From the NCBI RefSeq assembly GCF_009914755.1, contig NC_060935.1: DNA of 64,000 nucleotides; one strand, given 5' to 3'. Shown here one piece after another: positions 38,801-53,700 of the stretch; position 1 is the first letter of the stretch, and each line of letters starts with the position of its first letter. This DNA comes from the human T2T-CHM13v2.0 reference genome, Homo sapiens. The notes below the pieces were generated by a model. That model was not told where the DNA came from and made no database searches. It saw only the letters and a program-made list of their open reading frames with translations. A program made the translations under genes and the position numbers.

Positions 38801-41800
38801 GAGAAACTCCTTTGTGATGTATGCATTCATCTTGCAGAGTTAAACTTTTCTTCGGATTCAGCAGTTTGGAAACACTGTTTTTGTAGTATCTGTGAAGGGA
38901 TATTTGATAGGTCATTGAGGCTAAATGCAAAAAAGCAAATAACCCAGCATAGAAGCTAGAAGGAAGGTATCTGAGAAACCACTTTGTGATTTGTGCATTC
39001 TTCTCACAGAGGTAAACTTTCATTCCATTCAGCACTTTGGAAACACTGTTTTGGTAGAATCTGTGAAGGGATATTTGGAAATGAATTGAGGCCTATGGTG
39101 AAAAAGTAATATCTTCAGAAAAATACTAGAAAGAAGCTTTCTGTGACACTACTTTTTGATATATGCATTCATCTCATAGAGTTAAACCTTTCTTTGAATT
39201 CAGCAGCTTGAAAACACTGTGTTTGTAAAATCCATGAAGGGATTTTTGGAGCTCATTGAGGCCATAGTCGAAAAAGTGTTTATCCCCAGATAAAAACTAG
39301 AATGAAGCTATCTGAGAAACTTCTTTTTGATGTGTGCATTCACTTCGCAGAGTTAAACATTGATTTTCATTCAGCAGTTTCAAAACACGATTTTGGTAGA
39401 ATCTGTGAAGGGATATTTTGGAGTGCATTGAGGCCTATTGTGTAAAGAGAAATATCTTTGGATAAAACCAAGAAAGAAGCTTTCTGAGAAACTGCTTTGT
39501 GATGTATGAATTCATCCCTCAGATTTAAAATTTTCTTTGAATTCAGCAGTTTGGATACACTGTTTTTGTCCATTCTGTTAATTGACATTTAATATCTCAT
39601 TGAAGCCAATGGCAAAAAAGTGAATTTACAAGGATAAAAACTAGAAGACAGCTATCTGAGAAACCGATTTGTCATGTATGCATTTATCTCACAGAGATAA
39701 ACCATTCCTTTCATTCTGTAGTTTGGTAACACTGTTTTGTTAGAATCTGTGAAGGGATATTTGGGAGCTCAATGAGGCCTAGGGTGAACAAGGAAACATC
39801 TTCAGATACATACTACAAGGAAGCTTTCTGACAAGCTGATTATTTATGTGTGCATTCATCTCTCAGAGTTAAACTTTTCTTTGGATTCAGCAGTTTGGAA
39901 ACACTGTTTTTGTAGAATCTGCGAAGGAGTAGTTGGGAGCTCATTGAGGCCAAAGGTGAAAAAGTGACTATCCCAGGATAAAAACTGGAAGGAAGCTTTC
40001 TGAGAGGCCACTTTGTGACGTGTGCATTCATCTCACAGAGATAAACATTTCTTTTGATTCAGTAGTTTGGAAACACTGTTTTGGTAGAATCTGGGAAGGG
40101 ATATTTGGGATTACATTGATGCCTATGGTGAAAAAGGAAATATCTTCAGATGAAAACTAGAAAGAAGCTTTCAGAGAAACTGCTTTATGATGTGTGAATT
40201 TATCTCAAAAAATTAAATTTTTCTTTGGATTCATCAGTTTGGAAAAAACGTTTTTGTCCCTTATGCGAATGGACATTTGGGAGCTCCTTGAAACTAATGG
40301 CAAAAAAGCAAATATTGCAAAATAAAAACTAGAAAGAAGCTGTTTGAGAACTGGCTTTGTGATATGTGCATTCCTCTGACAGAGTTAAACCACGACTTTC
40401 ATTAGGTAGTTTGGAAATGCTGTTTTTGGAGAATCTGTGAAATAATATTTAGGATCACATTGAGGCCCATGGTGAAAAAGGAAATATCTTCAGATAAAAA
40501 CTAGAAAGAAGCTTTCTGAGAAACTGCTTTGTGATGTGTGCATTCATCTGACAGATGTAAACTTTTCTTTGGATTCAGCAGTTTGCAAAAACTGGATTCA
40601 GCCGTTTTTGTCCATTCTACAAATGGACATATGGGAGTACATTAAGGCTAATGGCATAAAAGCGAATATCCCACGATAAAAACTAGAATAAAACTACCTG
40701 AGAAACTGCTTCATGACGTATGCATTCATCTTGCAGACTTAAGTCTTTCTTTTTATTCAGCAGTTTGGAAACAATGCTTTTTATTTTTTTTTTTAGAATC
40801 TGTGAAGGGATATTTGGGAGCTCGTTAAGGCCAAAGGTGAAAAAGTAAATATTCTAGTATAAAAAGTAGAAGGAAGCTATCTGAGAAACCCCTTTGTGAT
40901 GTGTACATTTATCTCACAGAGTTAAACCTTTCTTTTCATTCAGCAGTTTGGAAACACTGTTTTTGTAGTATCTGCCAAGGGATATTTGGGAACGCATTGA
41001 GTCCTATGATGAAAAAGGAAATATCTTCATATAAAAACTAGAAAGAAGCTTTCTGCAAAATTGCTTTGCGATGTGTGCATTCATCTCACAGAGTTAAACT
41101 TTTCTTGGGATTCATCAGTTTGGAAACACTGTTTTTGTAGCACCTGCAAAAGGATATTTGATAGCTCATTGAGACCAGAGCTGAAAAAGTGAATATCCCA
41201 GGATAAATACTAGAAGGAAGCTATCTGAGAAACTGCTATGTTATGTGTGCATTCACCTCACAAATTTAAACTCTTATTTTCATTCAGAAGTTTCGAAAAA
41301 GTGTTTTGGTAGCAACTGCGAAGGGATATTTGGGAGTCCTTTGAGGCCTATGGTGAAAAAGGAAATATCTTCAGAAAAAACTAGAAAGAAGCTTTCTAAG
41401 AAACTGCTTTGTGATGTGTGCATTCATCTCACAGAGTTAAAACTTTTTTGGGATTCAGCAGTTTGGAAACACTATTTTTGTTGTATCTGTGAAAAGATAT
41501 TTGATAGATCATTGAGGCCATATTTGAAAAAGTGAATATCCCACAACAAAAACTAGAAGGAAGCTATCCTAGAAACTGCTTTGTTACGTGTGCATTCATC
41601 TTGCAGAATTAAAATCTTCTTTTCATTTAGCAGTTTAGACAATGTGTTTTGGTAGCAACTGCAAAAGGACATTTGGGAGCACATTGAGGCCTATGGTGAA
41701 AAAGGAAATGTCTTCAGAAAAAAACTAGAAAGAAGCTTTCTGAGAAACTGCTTTGTGAGTTGTAGATTGATCTCACAGAGTTCAGCTTTTCTTTTCATTC

Positions 41801-43335
41801 AGCAGTTTGGAAACATTTTTGATACAATCTACAAAGGGATATTTGGGAGTGAATTGAGGCCTACAGTGAAATAGGAAATATCTTCAGATAAAAACTAGAA
41901 AGAAGATCTCTGAGAAACTGCTTTTTGATGTGTCCATTCACCTCACTGTTAATACCTTTCTTTGGATTCAGCAATTTGGAATCACTGTTTTTGTAAAGTG
42001 TGCAATAGGATATTTGGGAGCTCTTTGAGGCCAATGGCAAAAAAGGAAATATCCCAGGATAAAAACTGGAAGGATGCTATCTAAAAAACTGCTTTGTGAA
42101 GTATGCCTTCATCTCGTAGAGTTATACCTTTCTATTCATTCAGCTGTTTGGACACACTGTTTTGTTAGAATATGCGAGGGAATATTTTGGAACACATTGA
42201 GGCATATGGAGTTAAAGGAATTATCTTCAGATAAGAACTAGAAAGAAGTTTTCTGAGAAACTGCTTTGTGATGTGTGCATTCATCTCACAGAGTTAAACA
42301 TTTCTTGGATTCAGTGCTTTGGAAACTCTGCTTTTGTCCTTTCTGTGAATGGACATTTGGGAGTTCATTGAGGCCAATGACGAAAAAGGAAATATCCCAG
42401 GATTAAAACTAGAAGTAAGTTATCTGAAAAAACTTCTTTCTGATGTGTGCCTTCTTCTCAGAGAATTATACCTTTCTTTTCATTCAGTAGTTTGGAAACA
42501 CTATTTTGGTAGAATATGTGAAGGGATATTTGTGAGTGCATTGAGGCCTATGGTGTTAAAGGAAATAGCTTCAGATAAAAACTAGAAAGAAACTTTCGGA
42601 TAAACTGCTTTGTGATGTGTGCATTCATCTCACACAGTTAAACCTTTCTTTGGTTTCAGCAGTTGTGAAACACTATTTTTGTAGAATCTCTGAGGGAATA
42701 TTTAGAACTTCATTGAGGTAAGGTGAAAAAGTGAATATCTCAGGTTAAAAACTGGAAGGAAGCTATCCGAGAAACCGCTTTGTGATATGTGCTTTCATCT
42801 CTCAGAGTTAAACCTTTGTTTTCATTCCACAGTGTAAACACTGTTTTGGTATAATCTGCAAAGGGCTATTTGGGAGCGCATTGAGGCCTATGGTGAAAAT
42901 GGAAATATCCTCAGATAAAAAGTAGAAAGAAGGTTTCTATGAAACTGCTCTGTGATATGCACATTCATCTGACAGAGTTAAAAGTGTCTTTCAAGTCAGC
43001 AGTTTGGAAACACTGTTTTGTCCATTTTGCAAAGGGACCTTTTGGAGCTTATTGAGGCCAATGGTGAAAAAGCATGTATACCAGGATAAAAACTAGAAGG
43101 AAGTTATCTGAGAAACCACTTTGTGATATGTGCATTCATCTCTCAGAGCTAAAACTTTCTTTTCAGTCAGTAGTTTGGAAACACCATTTTGGTAAAATCT
43201 GAGAAGGGATATTTGGGAGAGCATTTGGCCAATGGTGAAAAAGTGAATATCACAGGATAAAAATTGGATGAGACCTATCTGAGAAACAACTTTGTGACGT
43301 GGGGATTTCTCTAGCATAGTTGAAAGTTTCTTTTC
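32853..43335 (+). repeat. Diverged alpha satellite, block 2
   Basis: Same two-type 172-bp monomers and orientation as block 1. Confidence 0.97.
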
Positions 43336-44185
43336 TTTTTTTCATTATACTGTAAGTTCTAGGGCACATGTGCACAATGTGCAGTTTTCTTACATATGTA
43401 TACATGTGCCATGTTGGTATGCTGCACCCATTAACTCATCATTTAACATTAGGTATATCTCCTAATACTATCCCTCCCCCCTCCCCTGACCCTACAGCAG
43501 GCCCTGGTTTGTGATGTTCTCCACCCTGTGTCCAAGTGTTCTCATTGTTCAATTCCCACCTGTGAATGAGAACATGTGGTGTTGGGTTTTCTGTCCTTGT
43601 GATAGTTTGCTCAGAATGATGGTTTCCAGCATCATCCATGTTCCTACAAAGGACATGAATTCATCATTTTTCATGGCTGCATAGTATTCTGTGGTGTATA
43701 TGTGTCACATTTTCTTAATCCAGCCTATCATTGATGGACATTTGGGTTGGTTCTAAGTCTTTGCTATTGTGAATAGTGCCACAGTAAACATATGTGTGCA
43801 TGTGTCTTGATAGCAGCATGATTTATAAACATTTGAGTACATACCCAGTAATGGGATGACTGGCTCAAATGGTATTTCTATTTCTAGATCCTTGAGGAAT
43901 CGCCACACTGTCTTCCACAGTGGTTGAACTAGTTTACAGTCCTACCAACAGTGTAAAAGTGTTCCTGTTTCTCCACATCCTCTCCAGCACCTATTGTTTC
44001 CTGACATTATAATGATTGCCATTCTAACTGGTGAGAGATGGTATGTCATTGTGGTTTTGATTTGCATTTCTCTGATGACCAGAGATGAGGAGCATTTTTT
44101 TATGTGTCTTTTGGCTGCATAAATGTTTTCTTTTGAGAGGTGTCTGTTCATATACTTCATCTACTTTTTGATGAGGTGGTTTGAT
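43336..44185 (-). mobile_element. 5'-truncated L1PA (older-looking, PA5-7-like) 3' end
   Basis: Reverse L1 3'UTR and ORF2 C-terminus (ORF track: [25 protein letters not shown]). Variants taagttctagg and cttgaggaatcgccacactgtc. Subfamily tentative. Confidence 0.88.
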
Positions 44186-44752
44186 TTTTTTATTATTATA
44201 CTTTAAGTTTTAGGGTACATGTGCACAATGTGCAGTTTTGTTACATATGTACACATGTGCCATGTTGGTGCGCTGCACCCATCAAATCTTCATTTAACAT
44301 TAGGTAGGTCTCATAATGTTATCCCTCCCCCTTCCCCCCACTCCACAACAGACCCTGGTGTGTGATGTTCCCCTTCATGTGTCCATGTGTTCTCATTGTT
44401 CAATTCCCACCTATGAGTAAGAACATGTGGTGTTTGGTTTTTTGTCCTTGTGATAGTTTGCTGAGCATGATGGCTTCCAGCTTCATCCATGTCCCTACAA
44501 AGGACATGAACTCATCATTTTTTATGGCTGCATAGCACTCCATGGTGTATATGTGCCACATTTTCTTAATCCAGTCTATCATTGTTGCACATTTGAGTTG
44601 GTTCCAAGTCTCTGTTATTGTGAATAGTGTCACAATAAACATATGATTGTGTGAGTCTTTACAGAAGCATGATTTATAATCCTTTGGGCATATACCCAGT
44701 AATGGGAATGCTGGGTCAAATGATATTTCTAGTTCTAGATCCCTGAGGAATC
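44186..44752 (-). mobile_element. Second 5'-truncated L1PA (PA3-4-like) 3' end
   Basis: New poly-T and tattatactttaagttttagggtac start; ends ...gatccctgaggaatc. Subfamily tentative. Confidence 0.88.
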
Positions 44753-47700
44753 CATTTGGAAAACATGTCTTGGTAGAAACTGCAAAGGGCTATTTGGGAG
44801 TGCATTGAGGCCTATGGTGAAAAAAGAAATATCCTCAGATAAAAACAAGAAAGAAGCTTTCTCAGAAACTGTTTTGCAATATGTGCACTCATCTCTTAGT
44901 GTTAAACATTTCTTTAGATTCAGCCATTTGGAAACACTGTTCTTCTCCATTCTGAGAATGGACATCAGGCAGTTCATTGAGGCTAATGACTAAAAAGCAA
45001 ATTTCCCAGGTTAAAAAGTAGAATAAAGCTATGTGAGAAACTGCTTTGTGATGTGTGCATTAATCTCACTGAGGTAAAATGTCCTATTCATTCAGCAGTT
45101 TGGAAGCACTGTTTTGGTAGAATATCTGAAGGTATATTTTGGAGCGCATTGAGGTCTATGGTGAAAAAGGAAATATATTCAGATAAAAACTAGAAGGAAG
45201 CTTTCCGAGAACCTATTTTCTGATGTGTGCGTTCATCTCACAGGGGTCAATATTTCTTTTGATTCAGCAGTTTGGAAACACTGTTTTTGTAGTATCTGCA
45301 AATGATTTTTGGGAACTCATTGAGGCCAAAGTGAAAAAGTGAGCATCCCAGGATAAAAACTAGATGGAAGCTATCTGAGTAACCACTTTGTGAGGTGTGC
45401 ATTTATCTCACAGATGTAAAACTTTCTTTTTCATTCAGCCTTTTGGAAACCCTGCTTTAGAAGAATTTGCAAAGGCGTATTTGGGAGCTCATTGTGGCCT
45501 ATGGTGAAAAAGGAAATATCTCCAGATAAAAACCCTAAAGAGTCTTTCTGAGAAACTTCTTTGTGATGTGTGCATTCACCTCATAGAGTTAAACATTTCT
45601 TTCCATTCAGAACTTCACAAACCCTGCTTTTGTCCATTCTGTGACTGGGCATTTGGGAGCTCACTGAGGCCAATGGGAAAAAAGAGAACATCCCAAGAAA
45701 AAAACCTGGAAGGAAGCTATCTGAGAAACTGCTTTGCAATGGGTGCATTCATTTCAGAAAGTTAAACTTTTCTTTTCATTCTGCAGTTTTGAAACACTGT
45801 TTTTGAAGAATCTGCAAAGGGCTATTTGGGAGCTCATTGAGGCCAAAGGTGAAAAAGTGAATATCCCAGGATAAAAACTGGAATGAAACTATCAGAGAAA
45901 ACCCTATGTGATGTGTGCATTCATCTCACAGATATAAACATTTCTTTTCATTCAGCTGTTTGGAAACACTGTTTTTGGCGAATCTGCAAAGGGATATTTG
46001 GGAGCGTATTTAGGCCTTTGGTGAAAAAGGAAATATCTTCAGATAAAAACTTCAGAGAAGCTTTCTGAGAAACTGCTTTGTGATGTGTGCATTCATCTCA
46101 CAGGGCTAAACATTTCTTTGGATTCAGCAGTATGGAAACACTGTTTTTGTAGAATGTGTGAAAGGATGCTTTGGAGCTCATGAGGCCAAACCCAAAAAGG
46201 CAAATAAGCCAGGATAAAAAATAGAAGGAAGCCATCTGATAAACCGCTTTGTGATGTATGCATTAATCTCACAGATTTAAAACTTTCTTTTCATTCAACA
46301 GTTTGAAAATACTGTTTTGGTACAATCTGTGAAGGGATATTTGGGAGCACTTTGAGGCCTATGGTGAAAAAGCAAATATCTTTAGATAAGAACTAGGAAG
46401 AAGCTTTCTGAGAAACTGTTTTGTGATGTGTGCATTCATCTCACAGAGTTAAATCTTTATTTGGATTCAGCAGTTTGGAAACACTGTTTTTGTAGAATAT
46501 GTGAAGGGATGTTTTGCAGCTCATTGAGGCCAAATGCGAAAAAGTGAATATCCCATGATAAAAACTAGAAGGAAGCTATCTGAGAAGCCGCTTTGTGATG
46601 TGCGCATTCATGTCACCGAATTAAACCTTTCTTTTCATTCTTCAGATTGCATAGGCTGTTTTGGTAGAATCTGTGAGGGGATATATGGGAGAGCATTGAG
46701 GCTTATGGTAAAAGAGGAAATATCTTCAGATAAAAACTAGGAAGAAGCTTTCTGAGAAACTGCTCTGTGATGTGTGCATTCATCTCTCAGGGTTAAACTT
46801 TTCTTTGAATTCATCTATTTGGAAACTCTGTTTTTGTCCATTCTGGAAGTGGACGTTTGGGAGCTCAATGGGTCCAATGGAAAAAAGAGAATATCCCAGG
46901 ATAAAAACTAGAAGGATGCTATCTGATAATCCACTTTGAATGTGTGTATTAATATCACAGAGATAAACCTTTCTTTCATTAAGCAGTTTGGAAACACTGC
47001 TTTGGAAGAATCTGCGAAGGAGTATTTGGGAGCACATTGAGGCCAAAGGGGAATAATAAAATATGCCATGATTAAAACTAGAAGGAAGCTATATGAGAAA
47101 TCATTTCATGATATGTGGATTCATATCAGATAATTAAACCTTTCTTTTCATTCAGTAGTTTGAAAACACTCTTTTGGCAGAATCTACAAAGGGATATTTG
47201 GGAGTGCATTGAGGCCAGTGGTGAAAAAGGAAATATCTTCAGCTAAAAACTAGAAAGAAGTTTTCTGAGAAACTGCTTTGTGAAGTGTGCATTCATCTTA
47301 CAGAGCTAAATCTCTCTTTGGATTCAGCAGTTTAGAAACACTGTTTCTGTGGAATCCGCAAAGAGATATTTGGGAGTTCATTGATGCCGAAGGTGAAAAA
47401 AGTGAATATCCCAGGATAAAAATTAGAACAAAGCAATCTGAGAGACTGATTTGTGATGTGTGCATTCATCCCACAGAGTTAAAACTTCCTTTTCATTCAC
47501 GAGTTTGTAAACACTGTTTTGGTAGAAACTGAGAAGGGATATATGGGACCACATTGAGTCCTACTGTTAAAAAGGAAATATATTCATGTAAAAACTAGGA
47601 AGAAATTTTCTGAGAAACTACTCTGTGATGTGTGCATTTATGTCACAGAGTTAAACTTTCTTTGAATTCAGCAGTTTGGAAACACTGTTTTTGTACATTC

Positions 47701-50700
47701 TGCAAATGGACTTCTGGGAGCTCACTGAGAACAATGGTGAAAACCGAATATCTCAGGTTAAAAACTAGAAGGAAGTTATCTGAGAAACCGATTTGCAATG
47801 TATGCATTCATCTCAAAGAGATAAACCTTTCTTCTCACTCAGCAGTTTGTTAACACTGTTTTGTAGAATCTGTGAAGGGATATTTGGGAGCACATTTTGC
47901 CCAAGGGCAAAAAACTGAATATCCCATGATAAAAACTAGAAGGAAGTTATCTGAGAAACCACTTTGTGACATGTGGATTCATCTCTCAGAGTTAAAACTT
48001 TCTTTTCATTCAGTAGTTTGGAAATACTGTTTTGGGAGAATATGTGGAAGGATATTTTGGAGTGCATTCAGGCCTGTGGTGGAAAACTAAGTATCGTCAG
48101 AGAAAAACTAGAAAGAAGCAATCTGAGAAACTGCTTTGTGAGGTGGGCATTCATCTTACAGAGTTAAACTTTTCTTTGGATTCAAGAGTTTGGAAACACA
48201 GTTTTTCTAAAATTTTCAAAGGGATACTTGATAGCTCATTGAGGCCAATCAAGAAAAAGAGAAGAGTCAAAGAAAAAAACAAGAAGAAAGCTATCTGAGA
48301 ATCCACTTTGTGATGTGTGCATTCACCTCACAGAGTTTAACCTATGTTTTCTTTCAGAACTTTGGAAACCTTGTTTTTTAGAATATGACAAAGGATATTT
48401 CGGAGTGCTAAATATCATCAGATACAAAACCAGAAACAAGCTTTGTGAGAAACTGCTTTCCAATGTGTGCATTCATCTCACAGTGTTAAACATTTCTTTT
48501 AATTCAACAGTTAGGAAACACAGTTTTTGTCCATTCTGTGAATGGACATTTCGGAGCTCATTGAGGCCAATGACAAAAAAGCAAATATCCCAGGATAAAA
48601 ACTAGAAGGAAGCTATCTGAGAAACGGATTTGTGATGTGTGCATTCACCTCACAGAAGTAAACCTTTTTTTTCCTTCAGTTATTTGGAAACACTATTTTT
48701 GTTGAATCTGCAAGGGGATAATGGAAGGGCTTTGAGGTCTATGGTGAAAAATAAATATCTTCACATAAAAACTAGAAAGAAGCTGTCTGTGAAACTGCTT
48801 TTTGATGTGTGCATTCGTCTCACAGAATGAAACCTTTCTTTGAATTCCAAAAACAGTTGTTTGGAAACACTGTTTTTGTCCATTCTGCAAATGGACATTT
48901 GGGAGCTCATTGAAACCAAAAGTGAAAAAGTGAATATCCAAGGATAAAAACCAGAAGGAAACTATCTGAGAAACCACTTTGTGATGTGTGCATTCATCTC
49001 ACAGGTTTAAACCTTTCTTTTCATTCAGCAGTTTGGAAACACTGTTTTTTTTTAGAATCTGTGAAGGGATATTTGGGAGCACATTGTGACCTATGGTGAA
49101 AAAGGAAATATCTTCAGATAAAAACTAGAAAGAAGCTTTCTGAGAAACTTCTTTGTGATGTGTGCATTCATATCACAGTGTGTAATCTCTCTTTTAATTC
49201 AGCAGTTTGGAAACTCTGCTTTTGTAGAATCTGTGAAAGGCATTTGTAATCTCATTGAGGTCAATGGAGAAAAAGTGAATATGCCAGGATAAAAACTAGA
49301 AGAAAATTATCTGTGAAACTGGTTTGTGATGCTTTCATTCATTTTGCAAATTTAAACATTTCTTTTCATTCAGTATTTTGGAAACACTGTTTTTGTAGAA
49401 TCTGTGAAGAAATATTTGGGCGTGCATTGAGGCCTATGCTGAAAAAGAAAATATCCTCAGTTAACAACTAGAAAGAAGCTTTTTGAGAAACTGCTTTGTG
49501 ATTTGTGCATTCATCTCACAAAGTTATAACTTTCTTTGATTCAGCATGTTGGAAACACTGTTTTTGTCCATTCTGCGAATGGACATTTGGGAGCTCATTT
49601 ATACTAATAGCAAAAAAGGGAATGTCTCAGGATAAAATGTAGAAGAAATCTGACAAACTGCTTGTTAGAAACAAGCGGCTTGGAAACACAATTTTTTAAA
49701 ATCTGCGAAGAGATATATGGAAGTGCTTGGAGGCCTGTGGTGAAAAATATAATATCTTCAGATGAAAACTAGATAGAAGCTGTCAGAAACTGCTTTGTGC
49801 TGTGTGCATTCATCTCACTGGGTTAAAGATTTCTTTGGATTCAGCACTTTGGAAACACTGTTTTTGTAGAATCTGCAAAGGGATATTTGTGAGCTCATTG
49901 AGGCCAAAGGCGAAAAAGTGAATATCCCAAAATAAAAACTATAAGGAAGCTATCTGAGAAACCACTTTGCTATGTGTGCATTAATCTCACAGACTTAAGA
50001 CTTTCTTTCCATTCAGTAGTTTGGAAACACTGTTTTTGTAGAATCTGCAAGGGGATTTTCAGGAACTCATTGGTGGCAATGGCAAAAAATCCAGTATCCC
50101 AGGGTAAAAACTAGAATAAGCTATGTGAGTCACCACTTTGTGAAGTGTACATTCATCTTGCATAGTTAAAAGTTTCTATTCTTACAGCAGTTTGGAAACA
50201 CACTTTGGCAGAAACTGCGAATTGATATTTTGGGATGTATTGAGTCTTATGGTGAAAAAGAAAGTAAGCTCATATAAATACCAGAAAGAAGCATTCTGAG
50301 TAACTGCTTTGGTATGTGTGCTTTCATGTCACAGAGTTAAACATTTTTTTAGATACAGCATTTTGGAAACACTGTTTCTGTCCATTCTACAAATGGAAAT
50401 TTAGCAGCACATAGAGGCCTGTGGTGAAAAAGTGAATATCCCAGGATAAAAACTAGAAGGAACATATCTGAGAAACTGCATTGTGATGTGTGCATTCATC
50501 TCGCCGAAGTAAAGCTTCCTTTTCATTCAGCAGTTTCAAAACACTGTTTTTGTATAATCTGCAAGGGGATATTGGGGGGTGCATTGAGGCCTATGGTGAA
50601 AAAGAAAATAATTCCAGTAAAAAACAACAAAGAATCTTTCTGAGAAACTGCTTGGTGATGTGTACATTCATCTCACAGAGTTAAACATTTCTTTGGGTTC

Positions 50701-53700
50701 AGCACTATGGAAACACTGATTTTGTAGAATTTGTGAAGAGGTATTTGGGAGCTCATTGAGGCCAAGGGCAAAAAAGCGAATATCCCAGGATAAAAACTAG
50801 AAGGAAGCTATCTGAGAAACTGCTTGGTTATGTGTGTATTCATCTCACAGAGTTAAACTTTCTTTTCATTCGTCAGGTTGAAAACACTGTATTGTAAAAT
50901 CCATGAAGGGGTATTTGGGAGCCTATTGATGCTTATGGTGAAAAAGCAAATCTCTTGAGATAAAAATCAGAAAGAATCTTTCTGAGAAACTTCTTTGTGA
51001 TGTGTGCATTCGTCACACAGAGTTAAACCTTTCTTTGTATTCAGCTGTATAGAAACAATGTTTTTGTCCATTCTGTGAATGAACATTTGGGAGCTCATTG
51101 AGGTCAATGGTGAAAAAGTGATTATCTCTATAAAAAACTAGAAATAAGCTATCTGAGAAACCACTTAGTGAAGTGTGCAATATTCGAGTAGAGTTTAACC
51201 TTATTTTTCATTCATCAGTTTGGAAACACAGTTTAGATAGAATCTGCAAATTTATATTTGGGAGCGCATTGAGGCCTATGGTGAAAAAGGAAGTATCTTC
51301 AGATAAAAATAAGAAAAAAACCTTTCTAAGAATCTACTTTATGAAGTGCACATTAATCTCACACAGCTCAATCTTTCTTTTGATTTGGCTGTTTGGAAAT
51401 GGTTTTTGTCCGTTCTGTGATTGGACATTTGGGAGGTGATTGAGGCCAATGGAGAAAAAGTGAATATCCAAGAAATAAAACTAGAAGGAAGCTATCTGAG
51501 AAACCACTTTCTGATGTGAGCATTCATCTCATAGAGGAAAACGTTTCTTTTCAATCAGCAGTTTGGAAACACTGTTTGATAGAGTCTGCAAAAGTATATT
51601 TGGGAGACCATTGAGGCCAATGGTGAAAAAGGAAAATCTTCAGATAAAAACTAGAAAGAAGCTCTCTGAGAAAGTTCTTTGTGACGTGTGCATTCATCTC
51701 ACAGAGGTCAACCATTTTTTGCATTCAGCAGTTTGGAAACACTGTTTTTGTACAATCTGTGAAGGGATATTTGGGAGCTCATTGAGGCTAAAGGTGAAAA
51801 AGTGAATATCGCAAGACAAAAATTAGAAGGAATCTATCTGAGAAACCGCTTGCTTATGTGTACATTCATCTCACAGAGTTAATCCTGTCTTTTCATTTGG
51901 TAGTTTGGAAACACTGTTTTCATAGAATCTGCAATGGGGTATTTGGGAGCTCACTGAGGACTAAGGTGAAAATGGAAGTACCTTGAGATAAAATCTACAA
52001 GGAAGCTTTCTGATAAACTGCTTTGTGATGTCTGCATTCATCTCACAGAGTTAAATATTTCTTTGAAATCAGCAGTTTAGGAACACTGTTTTTGTCCCTT
52101 CTGTGAATGGAAATTTGGGAACTCATTGAGGCCAATGGTGCAAAAGTGAATATCCCAGGATCAAAACTAGAAGGAAGCTATTTCAGAAACTGCTTTGTGA
52201 TGTTTGCATTTGTCTCACAAAGTTAAACCTTTCTTTTTATTCAGGAGTTTGGAAGCACTGTTTTTGTAGAATCTGTAAACCATATCTCTGTGCAAATTGA
52301 TGCCTATTTTGAAACAGGAAATATCTTCAGTTAAAAACTAGAAAGAAGCTTTCTGAGAAATTACATTGTGATTTGTGCATTCATCTCACAAACTTAAAAC
52401 TTTCTTTAGATTCAGCAGTTTGGAAACACTGATTTTTTGAGAAACTGTGAAGGGATATTTCGGAGTTCATTGAGGCCAAATGTAAAAAAGCTAATATCCT
52501 GCAATGAGAACTAGAAGGAATCTCTGAGAAACTGCTTTGTTATGTGTGTATTCATCTCTCAGAGTTAAACATTACCTTTCATTCAGCGGTTTGCAAACAC
52601 TGTTTTTCTAGAATCTGCAAAAGGCTGTTTGTGAGCCCAGTGAGGCCTATGGAGAAAAAGGAAGTATCTTCCGGTAAAAACTTGAAAGAAGCTTTCTGAG
52701 AAACTGCTTTGTGATTTTTGCTTTCATCTCACAGAGTTGAAACTTTCTTTGGATTCAGCAGTTTGGAAACACTTTTTTGTCCTTTCTGTGAATGGACTTT
52801 TGAGAGATCTTTGAAGGCTATATCGAAAAAGTGAATAATCCAGGATAAAAACTAGAAGGAAGCTCTCTGAGAAACAACTTTGTGATGTGTAAATTCATCT
52901 CACAGAGTTAAACATTTCTTTTCATCCTGCAGTTAGGAAACACTGTTGTTATAGAATCTGCGAAGGGATATTTGGGAGTGCATTGAGGCCTATGGTGTAA
53001 AGGAAATATCTTCAGATAAAAACTAGAAAGAAGCTTTCTGAGAAACTACTTTGACATGTGTGAATTCATCTCACAGAGTTAAAACTTTCTTTGGATTCAG
53101 CAGTTTGGAAATACTGTTTTTGTAGAATCTGCAAAGGGAATTTCTGAGGTCATTGAGGCCAAAGGTGAAAAAGTGAATGTGCCAGGATAAAAACTAGAAG
53201 GAAGCTCTCTGAGAAACTGCTTTGTGATGCTTTCATTCATCTCACAAAGTTAAACGTTTCTTTTCATTCAGCATTTTGGAAACACCGTTTTTGTAGAATC
53301 CGTGAAGGAATATTTGGGCATATATTGAGGCCTCTGGTGAAAAAGAAAATATCTTCAGTTGAAAACTAGAAAGAAGCTTTCTGAGAAAGTGCTTTGTGAT
53401 TTTTACATTCATTTGACAAAGTTAAACTTTCTTTGAATTCAGCAGTTTGGAAACACTGTTTTTGTCCATTCTATGAATGGACTTTTGGGAGCTCATTGAA
53501 ACCAATGGTGAAAACCAAATATCCCAGGAAAATATTTAGAAGAAATATATCTGACAAAGTGCTTTGTGATGTGTGGATTTTTTTCACATGGTTAAACTTG
53601 TTTTTCATTCAGCAGTTTGCAAACACTGGTTTTTAAAAATCTGTGAAGGGATATATGTGGGTGCTTTGAGGCCTGTGGTGAAAAAGGAAATGTCTTTAGA

